DNA of 64,000 nucleotides from Candidatus Poribacteria bacterium (GTDB lineage Bacteria; Poribacteria; WGA-4E; GCA-2687025): NCBI GenBank assembly GCA_028818695.1, contig JAPPNK010000005.1, positions 6,927 to 70,926 of the forward strand, read 5' to 3'. Shown piece by piece: positions 1 to 8,340 of this stretch (position 1 is its first letter; each line of letters starts with the position of its first letter). The notes under the pieces were generated by a model. It saw only the letters and a program-made list of their open reading frames with translations, ran no database searches and was not told where the DNA came from. The position numbers and the translations under genes were made by a program.

Positions 1-167
1 CAGCTGAATGCCGCTCGGATCGCGCCCCGCCGAGGCGGCCGCCTTGGCGATGCGCTCCAGCGTTTTATGTACGCCGCGCCCTGCGTCGATAGTCCGCCTC
101 CCTTCGCGCTGCCCCGCAGCTCAAAATAGTATAACGTTAAATAATGACAATTTCAAGAAGGGAAAAC

Positions 168-215
168 TGACCTCGCGCCTAAAGTTGGGACGTCGTCGCG
201 AAAGAGCCGCAATGA
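168..215. repeat. Degenerate remnant of the 165-bp MITE-like element (one end only)
   Basis: tgacctcgcgcctaaagttgggac matches the terminal inverted repeat of the repeat family at 25180, 33834 and 59876 (cctcatgc-taaagttgggaca); the internal part is deleted. Confidence 0.45.
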
Positions 216-311
216 CCAGCGGAAAAACCGCCGCGCATAAAAATGAAGATTCGCCGTATGCAAGAACGCCTTCTTGCGCGCGGCGCTTTCTATGCATATC
301 ATATTGACACG

Positions 312-605
312 ATGCCGTGGTTTCATTGGTTCTTTTGCGCATTTATGATGGTTCTTGCGGGGCTGCTTCTGATCAGTCAGGCGCGGAGGGCGCAGCCGGG
401 GAACCGCCGTCAAAAAGGCGACGTATGCAGCCTCTGCGGAGAAGAATCGCCCCCCGACCAACTCATCGAACGAACCTTTATCTCCGGCTATCGGCGCAAG
501 TTCTGCGGAAAATGCGCCTCGGAGCTCTATCAAGAAGCGAACCAGCAAGGATTGATCAACCATGAACATCTCGATACGCGACCGATCGGTCCATCCGAGC
601 CTTGA
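312..605 (+). CDS. Small membrane-anchored zinc-ribbon protein (hypothetical)
   Basis: ORF with an N-terminal hydrophobic helix (WFHWFFCAFMMVLAGLLLI) followed by CSLCGEE...CGKC (two CxxC pairs); overlaps the next gene by 44 nt; start uncertain. Confidence 0.25.
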   Translation: MPWFHWFFCAFMMVLAGLLLISQARRAQPGNRRQKGDVCSLCGEESPPDQLIERTFISGYRRKFCGKCASELYQEANQQGLINHEHLDTRPIGPSEP

Positions 606-1335
606 CCGCGCGTTTGAAATCGCGCGAAACCTGGGTTTTGACGGGGTGGAGCTCTCCATCGGCGGACCCAACATGCCGGAGCATCTCATCTGGCGCCGAG
701 AAGGGTTGATGAAAATGGCAGATTTTTTACAGGACGCCTCCGTGCGCATCTCGGCGGCGCATCTCGGCTCATATGAGGCGTTCGGCCTGAACCGCCCTCT
801 CGGCCAGAAGCTGTTTCAAGCGCTTCTGCCGCGCGCCGCCAAGCTGCATATTTCCGCCCTGACCGTCGCGATCCCGCAACAGACGCTCCGCTCTGCCGAA
901 ACCTGCGAAGAGGCGGCGCAAACGCTTGCCGCGCGGTGTCGAGAGGCTGCCGAAAGGGACTTCTCCCTCGCTGTCGGGTTGCCGCTGTCCGCCGACGACT
1001 CCCTCCGCTTTCTCGACGCCGTTGACTCCGACAACCTCGGACTCGACTACGACATACTTCATGCCGCGCGCGAAGGGCGTAAACCCGAAAAAGAGATACG
1101 GCAGCTGAACGAACGCATACGGCAGCTCCGAGCGCGCGACGAAGGCGACGACGGCTCCTCATGCCCCATCGGGATGGGCGTCGTCCGCTTTGAGCCGATC
1201 GCGGCCGCGCTGAACGCCGTTCAATTTCAGGGCGGATTCGTCATCGACGCGCCGCCGGGAGGGGACGCCGCCGCCTCAGCCGCCGCCAACCTCGCCGCCG
1301 TACAAGAAGCGCTTTTATGGGCGCAATCCTACTGA
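562..1335 (+). CDS. Sugar phosphate isomerase/epimerase (xylose isomerase-like TIM barrel) family protein
   Basis: 257 aa; N-terminal AFEIARNLGFDGVEL motif typical of the AP endonuclease 2/xylose isomerase-like TIM barrel fold; ATG start. Confidence 0.55.
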   Translation: MNISIRDRSVHPSLDRAFEIARNLGFDGVELSIGGPNMPEHLIWRREGLMKMADFLQDASVRISAAHLGSYEAFGLNRPLGQKLFQALLPRAAKLHISALTVAIPQQTLRSAETCEEAAQTLAARCREAAERDFSLAVGLPLSADDSLRFLDAVDSDNLGLDYDILHAAREGRKPEKEIRQLNERIRQLRARDEGDDGSSCPIGMGVVRFEPIAAALNAVQFQGGFVIDAPPGGDAAASAAANLAAVQEALLWAQSY

Positions 1336-2006
1336 GAGCCGATATGCGCGGAGAACGAAGCGACATCTTCACCGACACGGGAGGCTGGACGCGCGTCCGC
1401 GCCTCCGAAGACGAATGGCAGTTGAATGTGCTGCGCGCCGCGCTCATCCACGCCGAGATACCTTTTAAAAGGATCAAAAGCGGAGGGAAAACCGAAATTT
1501 GCGTGCCTATAGAATATGCGATGGAGGCGGAACTGGCGCGCATGCGCGTAGAGGAGGCTCTCAACCGAAGCAAGGATGACGGAGAAAACGCGCCGGAGCT
1601 GTCCGTCCCTCCGCCGCCTCCGCCTCCCATGGACGCGCCCGTTCAGACGATTGTCTCCGATCCGAGCCTCGGCGAGATCGTTCATATTGAGCATTACGGG
1701 TATGAGCTGCGCGTCGGTCCTGAGCCTTTTTACGCTGTGCTGGAGAAAGAATGGGAGGAGTTTTTGGACATCAGCGCGCAGCGGCGGGAGTTTGCCATCC
1801 TGCTTGAAAAAGAGTATGAACGCTTATACGCGCATCTGCGCGGCGCAAAGCGGTTTCCGCAATTTGTGCGCATGGTTGAGGCGGTGTATAAAGGCGACGA
1901 CGCCGCGGACAATCCGAGCGATTTCCTGCGCGCCGCCGGGTGGACGGCGGCGGCGGTTGCGGTCATCGCGTTTTTGGCGGCTCTTGTCCGTTGGATCGGC
2001 TCATAA
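1317..2006 (+). CDS. Hypothetical protein with a poly-proline tract and C-terminal transmembrane helix
   Basis: 229-aa ORF; PPPPPPP linker; C-terminal hydrophobic segment WTAAAVAVIAFLAALV; overlaps the upstream stop; alternative ATG at 1344. Confidence 0.5.
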   Translation: MGAILLRADMRGERSDIFTDTGGWTRVRASEDEWQLNVLRAALIHAEIPFKRIKSGGKTEICVPIEYAMEAELARMRVEEALNRSKDDGENAPELSVPPPPPPPMDAPVQTIVSDPSLGEIVHIEHYGYELRVGPEPFYAVLEKEWEEFLDISAQRREFAILLEKEYERLYAHLRGAKRFPQFVRMVEAVYKGDDAADNPSDFLRAAGWTAAAVAVIAFLAALVRWIGS

Positions 2007-2024
2007 TTTTGGAAGGCGGCGCCT

Positions 2025-2714
2025 GTGAACCGCGCGCTCATCATCTTTGTCAAGGAGCCGGACGCGCGCGCGGCGAAAACGCGCCTCGCGCCGGCTCTCG
2101 CGCCGGAGGAGCGGGTCGGCTTGTATGAAGCGATGCTGCATGACCTGTCCGCCGAAACGGCCGCCGCGCGCTGCAGTCGGCGCATCGTCTGCTGGACGGG
2201 CGAGGGGGAGCCTTCTCGGCTGCGCGCCGTTTTTCAGGGACGCGCGGAATGGCGGCGGCAGCGCGGAGCCGATCTGGGAGCGCGCATGCTGAACGCCTTT
2301 CAAGAAGCTCTGAAGACGGACGAATCGGCTGTGTTGATCGGATCGGATGCGCCGCTGTTGACCTCGGCGGAGATGGACGCCGCCTTTGAGAGCCTGGACA
2401 GGGCGGAGATCGCGCTCGCGCCCTGCCCGGACGGCGGATACGGGCTGATTGGGGCAAGAGCGTCCGCCCTGCCGTTTCTGCCGCGCCTTTTTGAGAACAT
2501 TCCGTGGAGCAGCGCGGACGTCCTTTCGGAAACGCTCAACCGCCTGGCGGAGCTGCCGGCGCTGCGTTATGTCCAGCTCCCGCTCTGTTTCGATGTCGAC
2601 ACGCCCGACGACCTGCGCGTTCTCTGCGGCTTGTTGAAAGGGCGCGCCCTGTCGAACCAGCGGACGCCGAAACAAACAAGCGCGTTTTTGCGGCGGCGGT
2701 TCCATGCTGAATAA
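2025..2714 (+). CDS. DUF2064 / TIGR04282 family glycosyltransferase-like protein
   Basis: N-terminal ALIIFVKEPDARAAKTRL and internal GADLGARM and DGGYGLIG motifs characteristic of DUF2064; GTG start. Confidence 0.7.
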   Translation: MNRALIIFVKEPDARAAKTRLAPALAPEERVGLYEAMLHDLSAETAAARCSRRIVCWTGEGEPSRLRAVFQGRAEWRRQRGADLGARMLNAFQEALKTDESAVLIGSDAPLLTSAEMDAAFESLDRAEIALAPCPDGGYGLIGARASALPFLPRLFENIPWSSADVLSETLNRLAELPALRYVQLPLCFDVDTPDDLRVLCGLLKGRALSNQRTPKQTSAFLRRRFHAE

Positions 2715-3426
2715 CGCGCGCGCCGCCGTTGTCATTCCCGCGCTGAACGAGGAGCGCTCCATCGGACTCACCCTGCGCGGGCTGCCCCCAGGATGCGCCG
2801 CCGAGACGATCGTCGTCGACAACGGAAGCGACGACCGCACCGGCGAGGAAGCCGCGCGGCACGGAGCGCGCGTCATACGCGAAAACAGACGCGGATACGG
2901 AAGCGCCTGCCTCGCGGGACTCAACGCGCTTTCGGACAATATACAGATCGTCGCGTTTCTGGACGCCGACTATAGCGACGATCCATCCGAGCTGCCAATG
3001 TTACTTCAGCCGATACTGGACGGCGAAGCGGAGATGACGATCGGGTCGCGGACTCTTGGCGAGCGCGAGCGGGGGGCGTTGACGCCGCATGCGCGGTTTG
3101 GAAACTGGCTTGCGACGCGGTTGATTCGTCTGCTCTGGGGCGTCCGTTTTACCGATCTGGGACCGTTTCGGGCGATTCGACGCGACGCGCTGGAACGCAT
3201 GCAGATGCGCGACACGGGGCATGGATGGACGGTGGAAATGCAGGTGAAAGCGGCGATCTTGAAAACGCCTTTTGTGGAGCTGCCCGCAGCTTATCGGCGG
3301 CGCGTCGGGCAGTCCAAAATATCAGGGACATGGATCGGGTCGGCGCGCGCTGGATTCAAAATCCTTTCGGTGATTGCGTACTACTGGTTTGTTCAAGGTC
3401 GTTTTAAACGCGGCAGCGGCGCATGA
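2704..3426 (+). CDS. Family 2 glycosyltransferase (dolichyl-phosphate mannosyltransferase-like)
   Basis: VVIPALNEE...VVDNGSDDRT...DADYSDDP GT2 motifs; the known genomic partner of DUF2064 genes; 11-nt overlap with the upstream gene. Confidence 0.8.
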   Translation: MLNNARAAVVIPALNEERSIGLTLRGLPPGCAAETIVVDNGSDDRTGEEAARHGARVIRENRRGYGSACLAGLNALSDNIQIVAFLDADYSDDPSELPMLLQPILDGEAEMTIGSRTLGERERGALTPHARFGNWLATRLIRLLWGVRFTDLGPFRAIRRDALERMQMRDTGHGWTVEMQVKAAILKTPFVELPAAYRRRVGQSKISGTWIGSARAGFKILSVIAYYWFVQGRFKRGSGA

Positions 3427-3494
3427 ACGGATGCCTGCCGGCGCCCCTTCCTTTCTTCATCCCTACGCGGGAGACGGCGCGCGGAACGGGGCAG

Positions 3495-3812
3495 TCACTC
3501 CTCCGTCTGTTCTTCTTCCGCCGCTCGTTTCTCCGCTTCCTTGACGGCGTTTTCAACCCGAAGATAGAGCATCCGCATATCGTAAAGGACGTTCTCAAGG
3601 TAGTTTTTTTCAGGGGCGGTGGCGTTCGCCGCCGTTTTTTCTTCTAGGAGCGTCAACAGGTTGATGGCGTATTTAGCGTAAAGCAGGTCGATGACGGGCG
3701 CGTCGGTCTGCGGGTGATTCACAGCGCCGAGAGCCATCTTCGCCTGCGCCGCCAGAAAATCGACCAGCGCGTTCATGCTCGGTTTCGGAAAATGCCGTTC
3801 ATCCATACTCAA
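3495..3812 (-). CDS. DUF1844 domain protein
   Basis: 105 aa; acidic C-terminus; VDFLAAQAKMALG...IDLLYAKYAINLLTLLEEK pattern typical of DUF1844; overlaps the stop of the upstream CNNM gene by 4 nt. Confidence 0.55.
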   Translation of the reverse strand: MSMDERHFPKPSMNALVDFLAAQAKMALGAVNHPQTDAPVIDLLYAKYAINLLTLLEEKTAANATAPEKNYLENVLYDMRMLYLRVENAVKEAEKRAAEEEQTEE

Positions 3813-5215
3813 CTTTTCTCCCCGTTTGAGCTCGTATCTGGGCGCGAAGATTTCGGCGCAATGCGAACGCGCCGAACGCTCCGCTCATCCGCTTCCAGCA
3901 CAATGACCATCAGATCGTCCGTCTCAACAACATCGCTCTTTTCCGGTATCTTGTCCAACCAATGCATCAGAAATCCGCCGATCGTTTCATAATTGCCCTC
4001 CGGTATTGCGGCGGCGTCTTTCAACAGGCTGAGCTCCGTTTCGCCGCCGCATTCAATGACGCCCGTCCGTTCGTTCAGATGGTAGATGTCATGCTCGTCG
4101 TCCCGCTCGTCCCGTATTTCGCCGAAGATCTCTTCCACCAGATCCTCCATCGTCACCAGCCCGACGACGTTTCCCCGCTCGTCCACCGCAAACGCCATGG
4201 AACGGCGCTGACGCCGCAGCTCCGCCAGCAGCGTCGAGACCAGCTTCGTCTCCGGCACAAAAAGCGGCTTTCGACGTATGAACGGGTCGATCGTCTCGGC
4301 GCCGGCGTCGTCGTAGATCACATCCAGGATATAGACGATGCCGACAATGTCGTACGCCCGCTCCGAATAGACAGGCAGGCGCGAATAGCCGGACTCGCTC
4401 ACCTTTTCCATCAGCTCTTCGACTGAGGAGCCTTCCTTTATGGAGACGAAATCGGCGAGAGGGCGCATCACCCGCTCAACGCGCTGTTCGTAGGTTTCCA
4501 AGACGCCGTGAATCATCTTGCGCTGGTCCTCTTCCAGCGCGCCGTCCTCCTCGCCGGTCTCTGCAAGTATGCGCAGGTCTTCGCGCGTGACGATCTCCGG
4601 CTGCCCCGTCTGTCCGGTCAAACGCATGAACGCTGTCGCCGCGCCGAGTATGACGAAGTTGATAGGCCGAAACGCCCAGTCGAACGCGCCGAGGACAGGA
4701 GCGATGCGCCGCATGATGCGGTCGGGGTAGGCGCGCGCGAGCGACTTCGGCAGTATTTCCCCAAACACAAGCAGCAGCGAGCCGACCACAAACGTGTTGA
4801 CGATGTCCAGCTGCTCCGTCGAGTACTCTGTCAGCAGGCTCCCCGCGACAACATAGCTGCAGACGCCGGCGCCTGCGTTCACCAGGTTGTTTCCGATCAG
4901 AATGGTCGCTTGCGTCCGTTCTTTTGGTTCATAAAGGGAGGCGGCTTTGCGCGCGGACGGATCGCCCAGCTCCGCTTCCGCCTCCAGTTTGGGCAGGTTA
5001 GCGGAGAGAAACGCCGTTTCGGAGCCTGAAAAGAGCGCCGAAAACGCCAAGCAGCCCAGCGCAATGAGAAAAAAATAGAGCGTCGCGGAGGTTTCGTTCG
5101 CCGGTTCAGAGCCGGCGCCGTTGCTCGCCAGCGCCGACAACGCGGCGGCGCCGACAGCCGCGCCTGCGGCGATCCAGCGGAAAGCGGAGCTGTAAGGTAT
5201 CAGTCGGCGCGTCAA
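3809..5215 (-). CDS. HlyC/CorC (CNNM) family transporter with CBS pair and CorC_HlyC domains
   Basis: 468 aa; N-terminal DUF21 transmembrane region, tandem CBS domains, C-terminal transporter-associated domain (GNYETIGGF...GETEL). Confidence 0.85.
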   Translation of the reverse strand: MTRRLIPYSSAFRWIAAGAAVGAAALSALASNGAGSEPANETSATLYFFLIALGCLAFSALFSGSETAFLSANLPKLEAEAELGDPSARKAASLYEPKERTQATILIGNNLVNAGAGVCSYVVAGSLLTEYSTEQLDIVNTFVVGSLLLVFGEILPKSLARAYPDRIMRRIAPVLGAFDWAFRPINFVILGAATAFMRLTGQTGQPEIVTREDLRILAETGEEDGALEEDQRKMIHGVLETYEQRVERVMRPLADFVSIKEGSSVEELMEKVSESGYSRLPVYSERAYDIVGIVYILDVIYDDAGAETIDPFIRRKPLFVPETKLVSTLLAELRRQRRSMAFAVDERGNVVGLVTMEDLVEEIFGEIRDERDDEHDIYHLNERTGVIECGGETELSLLKDAAAIPEGNYETIGGFLMHWLDKIPEKSDVVETDDLMVIVLEADERSVRRVRIAPKSSRPDTSSNGEKS

Positions 5216-6633
5216 GCGTTCGCTCCTTCCTCGTCCGTTTCATCGGGTCGGCGCGTCACCAGCGCCGTCAAAATGCGTTCGCCGTTCATCTCTGTCACGG
5301 TGAAGGTGTAGCCCAGCTCGTCCGTCACCGAATCGCCTGTCGACGGCGCTTGACCGAACAGGTTGAACATATATCCGCCGAGGGTGACCGCATCCTCGTC
5401 GTTAAAAGACGCCCCCAACAGCTTGGACGCGACGCGCAAACTGGTCTTGGCGGGCAGCGGAATGCCGTCCCGCTCAAGCAGCGTCAGGTCGTACTCTTCC
5501 GCTTCCTCTTCCAGCTCGTCGCCATCGTCGTATTCATCCACGATCTCGCCGACAATCTCCTCAATGATGTCCTCTAGCGTCGCGAGGCCGGCGACGCCGG
5601 CGTATTCGTCCAGCAGAATCGCCATCTGCGTTCCGGCGTCGGAGAAATCGTTCAGAAGCGCATGCAGCGGCTTCGATTCGGGTGCTTTGAGCGGCGGGCG
5701 AATGAGCGTCTCTTCGCCTTCTGGACGGTTGCTCATCCGCTCCATGAGCTTCTCAATGGTCGCGTCCAGATCGGGCTGACCTGGAAAATGGATCGGCAGA
5801 TCTTTGACATGCAGAACGCCGACGATCTTGTCCGGCGTCTCTTCATAGACGGGCAGCCGCGAATGGCCGACGCTGCGCGCCGTTTCGAGCGCTGCGCGCA
5901 GGGTTTGCCCCTTTTCGACGCAGACCATCTCCGTTCGCGGGACGAGTATGTCCTTCGCCTGCGTATTGCGCAGTTCGAAGACGCGGTCAATGAGCCGGCG
6001 TTCATCCGTTTCGATCTGGCCGGTTTCGGCTCCCGCGTCGGCGGCGCCGCGTATCTCCTCTTCAGTGACGGCAGGCTCGGCGGACGGGTTGCGCAGACGG
6101 AAAACGCGCACAACCATATCGATCGCCCAGCGCATAGAGAGGCGAAGCGGAGTGAGCAGATGCGAGCAGAGCCACAGCGGCAAAGCGATGATCGCCGAGA
6201 CGCGGTCGGCGTGCCGTATGGCGAAGGTCTTTGGCCCGATTTCGCCGAAAAACAGCGTCAGAAGCGTCGCCGAGACGACGGAGGCGGAGGCGGCGTACTG
6301 GTCGCTCCATTTGAAAACTTCGTCGACGATCTGCTGCCATGAGGAGGCGACGACGGTGGCGATGGCGGCGTTCACAAAGGCGTTGCCGATGAGCGAGGTG
6401 TTGAGCAGGTTGCGCGGGTTGTCGACAAACATGACGATGCGCCGGCTGATGAGGCTTTTGGAATCGCGCCGCCTGCGAATTTGGGATCGGCTCAAGGTGA
6501 ACATGGCGGTTTCGGAGCATGAAAAGAAGCCGGACAGCATGAGCAGCCCGCAAAGAAGCGCCGCTTCAGGCGTCAAGCCGCGAAGCGCCTCCATCAGGTT
6601 TGAGAGGTATGCTTGTAACGAAGACTCGTCCAA
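5212..6633 (-). CDS. HlyC/CorC (CNNM) family transporter, paralog
   Basis: 473 aa; same DUF21-CBS-CorC architecture; 4-nt overlap with the downstream paralog. Confidence 0.85.
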   Translation of the reverse strand: MDESSLQAYLSNLMEALRGLTPEAALLCGLLMLSGFFSCSETAMFTLSRSQIRRRRDSKSLISRRIVMFVDNPRNLLNTSLIGNAFVNAAIATVVASSWQQIVDEVFKWSDQYAASASVVSATLLTLFFGEIGPKTFAIRHADRVSAIIALPLWLCSHLLTPLRLSMRWAIDMVVRVFRLRNPSAEPAVTEEEIRGAADAGAETGQIETDERRLIDRVFELRNTQAKDILVPRTEMVCVEKGQTLRAALETARSVGHSRLPVYEETPDKIVGVLHVKDLPIHFPGQPDLDATIEKLMERMSNRPEGEETLIRPPLKAPESKPLHALLNDFSDAGTQMAILLDEYAGVAGLATLEDIIEEIVGEIVDEYDDGDELEEEAEEYDLTLLERDGIPLPAKTSLRVASKLLGASFNDEDAVTLGGYMFNLFGQAPSTGDSVTDELGYTFTVTEMNGERILTALVTRRPDETDEEGANA

Positions 6634-6657
6634 AAATCGCCTCCAGCGATGCGGGCT

Positions 6658-6960
6658 TTAGCCGTCCATGTCCCGTTGGGAGCGGCGTTTCATTTTTTGC
6701 TGAAACGAGGTTTCCAGGTCCACGCCCGTTTGATTCGCCAGCGCCAGCAACACAAACAGTATATCCGCCATCTCCTCGTCCAGCTTGCGCGACCTGTCGG
6801 ACGGCTTCCAGCGCTGATCCCCGTACTGGCGCGACATGACGCGCGCCAGCTCCCCGACCTCTTCCATCAGAACGACCGCGTTCGTCAGCTCTGAATAGTA
6901 ACCTTCCGTCGTGGATGCGATCCACTCGTCCACCTGCCGCTGCGCTTCCCGTATCGACAT
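6658..6960 (-). CDS. MazG-like nucleotide pyrophosphohydrolase (small NTP-PPase)
   Basis: 100 aa; EEVGELARV...EEMADILFVLLALAN matches the EExxE...ADxL MazG NTP-PPase core. Confidence 0.75.
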   Translation of the reverse strand: MSIREAQRQVDEWIASTTEGYYSELTNAVVLMEEVGELARVMSRQYGDQRWKPSDRSRKLDEEMADILFVLLALANQTGVDLETSFQQKMKRRSQRDMDG

Positions 6961-7065
6961 TTGCCGCCCGCTATGTTCGCCCGCAATGGAAATCTAATAT
7001 ACCATGAGATAGAACGCAACGCAAACAAACCACCCCTTCCGGACGCCGGACGAAAGAATGCGTCG

Positions 7066-8340
7066 CTATGTTTCGCTGTCGGTGTCCGTTAGCATGGCGG
7101 CGATGTCGGCGGGCAGCTGGATTTCCGTCCTCTGCTCAAAGTCGGCGACGCTCTTATATTCGTTATGGAATGATTTGACGATATCGTATTCCATGCCTTC
7201 GGCTTTCTTCAGATCGGATTTGGCGTTATCCCACGCTTCTTTATGCAGCCATGCTTCCCCGCGATTGCAATAGAGGATTGCCTCGTTTGAATCTAGTTCA
7301 ATCGCTTCGGTATAATCTCTGATGGCGGCGTCAAAATCGCCTTTTTTGGCGTAAGCAACGCCGCGGTTGCTATAGGCTCTGGCATCGCTTGGGTCCAGCT
7401 CAATCGCTTTGGTGTAATCTCTGATGGCTTCGTCAGGATCGCCTTTTTTGGCATAGGCATTTCCGCGGTTGCTATAGGCTTCGGACAAGCCTGGTTTGAG
7501 TTCAACCGCTTTATTGTAATCTCTGATGGCTTCGTCAGGATCGCCTTTTTTGGCATAGGCATTTCCGCGGTTGTTATAGGCTTCGGCTAAGTTTGGGTTG
7601 TGTTCAATCGCTAGATCATGGTCTCTGATGGCGGCGTCAATATTGCCTTTTTTGGCGTAAGCAGTGCCGCGACTGCTATAGGCTTCGGCAAAGTTTGGGT
7701 TGTGTTCAATCGCTTTGGTGCAATCTCTGATGGCTTCGCCAGGATCGCCTTTTTCGGCGTAAGCAGTGCCGCGATTGTGGTAGGCAGCGGCATGCTTTGG
7801 ATCGATTTCGACTGCTTTGCTGAAAGCTCTGATAGCTTCGTCAAGATCGCCTTTATTGGCATAAACAGTGCCTCGATTATAGTAGGCTTCGGCATGCTTT
7901 GGATCGATTTCGACTGCTTTGCTGAAGTCTCTGATGGCAGCGTCAGAATCGCCTTTATCGACATAAGCATTTCCGCGATTGTAGTAGACGCCGGCATCAT
8001 TTGGATTGAGCTCAATCGCTTTGCCATAGTCTTTGATGGCTTTGTCGGAATCGCCTTTATCAACGTAAGCCATGCCGCGAATGTTATAGGCGTCGGGATC
8101 GTTTGGTTCCAGTTCGATCGCTTTGCTGAAGTCTCTGATGGCAGCGTCAAGGCAGAAGTCTCTGATGGCAGCGTCAATGTCGCCTTTTTTGGCGTAAGCC
8201 AAGCCGCGATTCCTATAGGCGATGGCGAATCTTGGATTGAGTTCGATCGCTTTGCTGAAGTCTCTGATGGCGTTATCAAAATCGCCGTTTTCGGCGTAAG
8301 CCGTGCCGCGGCCGAAATAGACGACATAGTTTGGGTTCAT
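7066..8340 (-). CDS. TPR-repeat protein; distal part of a split FRG-TPR gene
   Basis: 424 aa; about 11 consecutive 34-aa TPRs (AIRDFSKAIELNP..AYxNRGxAY); low GC; its first residues (NPNYVVYFGRGTAY) continue the TPR phase of the upstream ORF across the 4-nt ATGA overlap. Confidence 0.8.
   Translation of the reverse strand: MNPNYVVYFGRGTAYAENGDFDNAIRDFSKAIELNPRFAIAYRNRGLAYAKKGDIDAAIRDFCLDAAIRDFSKAIELEPNDPDAYNIRGMAYVDKGDSDKAIKDYGKAIELNPNDAGVYYNRGNAYVDKGDSDAAIRDFSKAVEIDPKHAEAYYNRGTVYANKGDLDEAIRAFSKAVEIDPKHAAAYHNRGTAYAEKGDPGEAIRDCTKAIEHNPNFAEAYSSRGTAYAKKGNIDAAIRDHDLAIEHNPNLAEAYNNRGNAYAKKGDPDEAIRDYNKAVELKPGLSEAYSNRGNAYAKKGDPDEAIRDYTKAIELDPSDARAYSNRGVAYAKKGDFDAAIRDYTEAIELDSNEAILYCNRGEAWLHKEAWDNAKSDLKKAEGMEYDIVKSFHNEYKSVADFEQRTEIQLPADIAAMLTDTDSET

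Noticed and set aside
1-150. Possible C-terminal gene fragment on the minus strand at the window start
   Set aside because: Reading frame hits a stop within 40 codons upstream and has no start codon; not supportable.
5363-5779. Ser-rich plus-strand ORF inside the CNNM gene, and many other 60-200 aa antisense ORFs (e.g. 686..1162, 2001..2939, 11606..12526, 16777..17592, 28883..30766)
   Set aside because: High-GC genomes generate long spurious ORFs on the non-coding strand; each is fully contained in a gene with clear family motifs.
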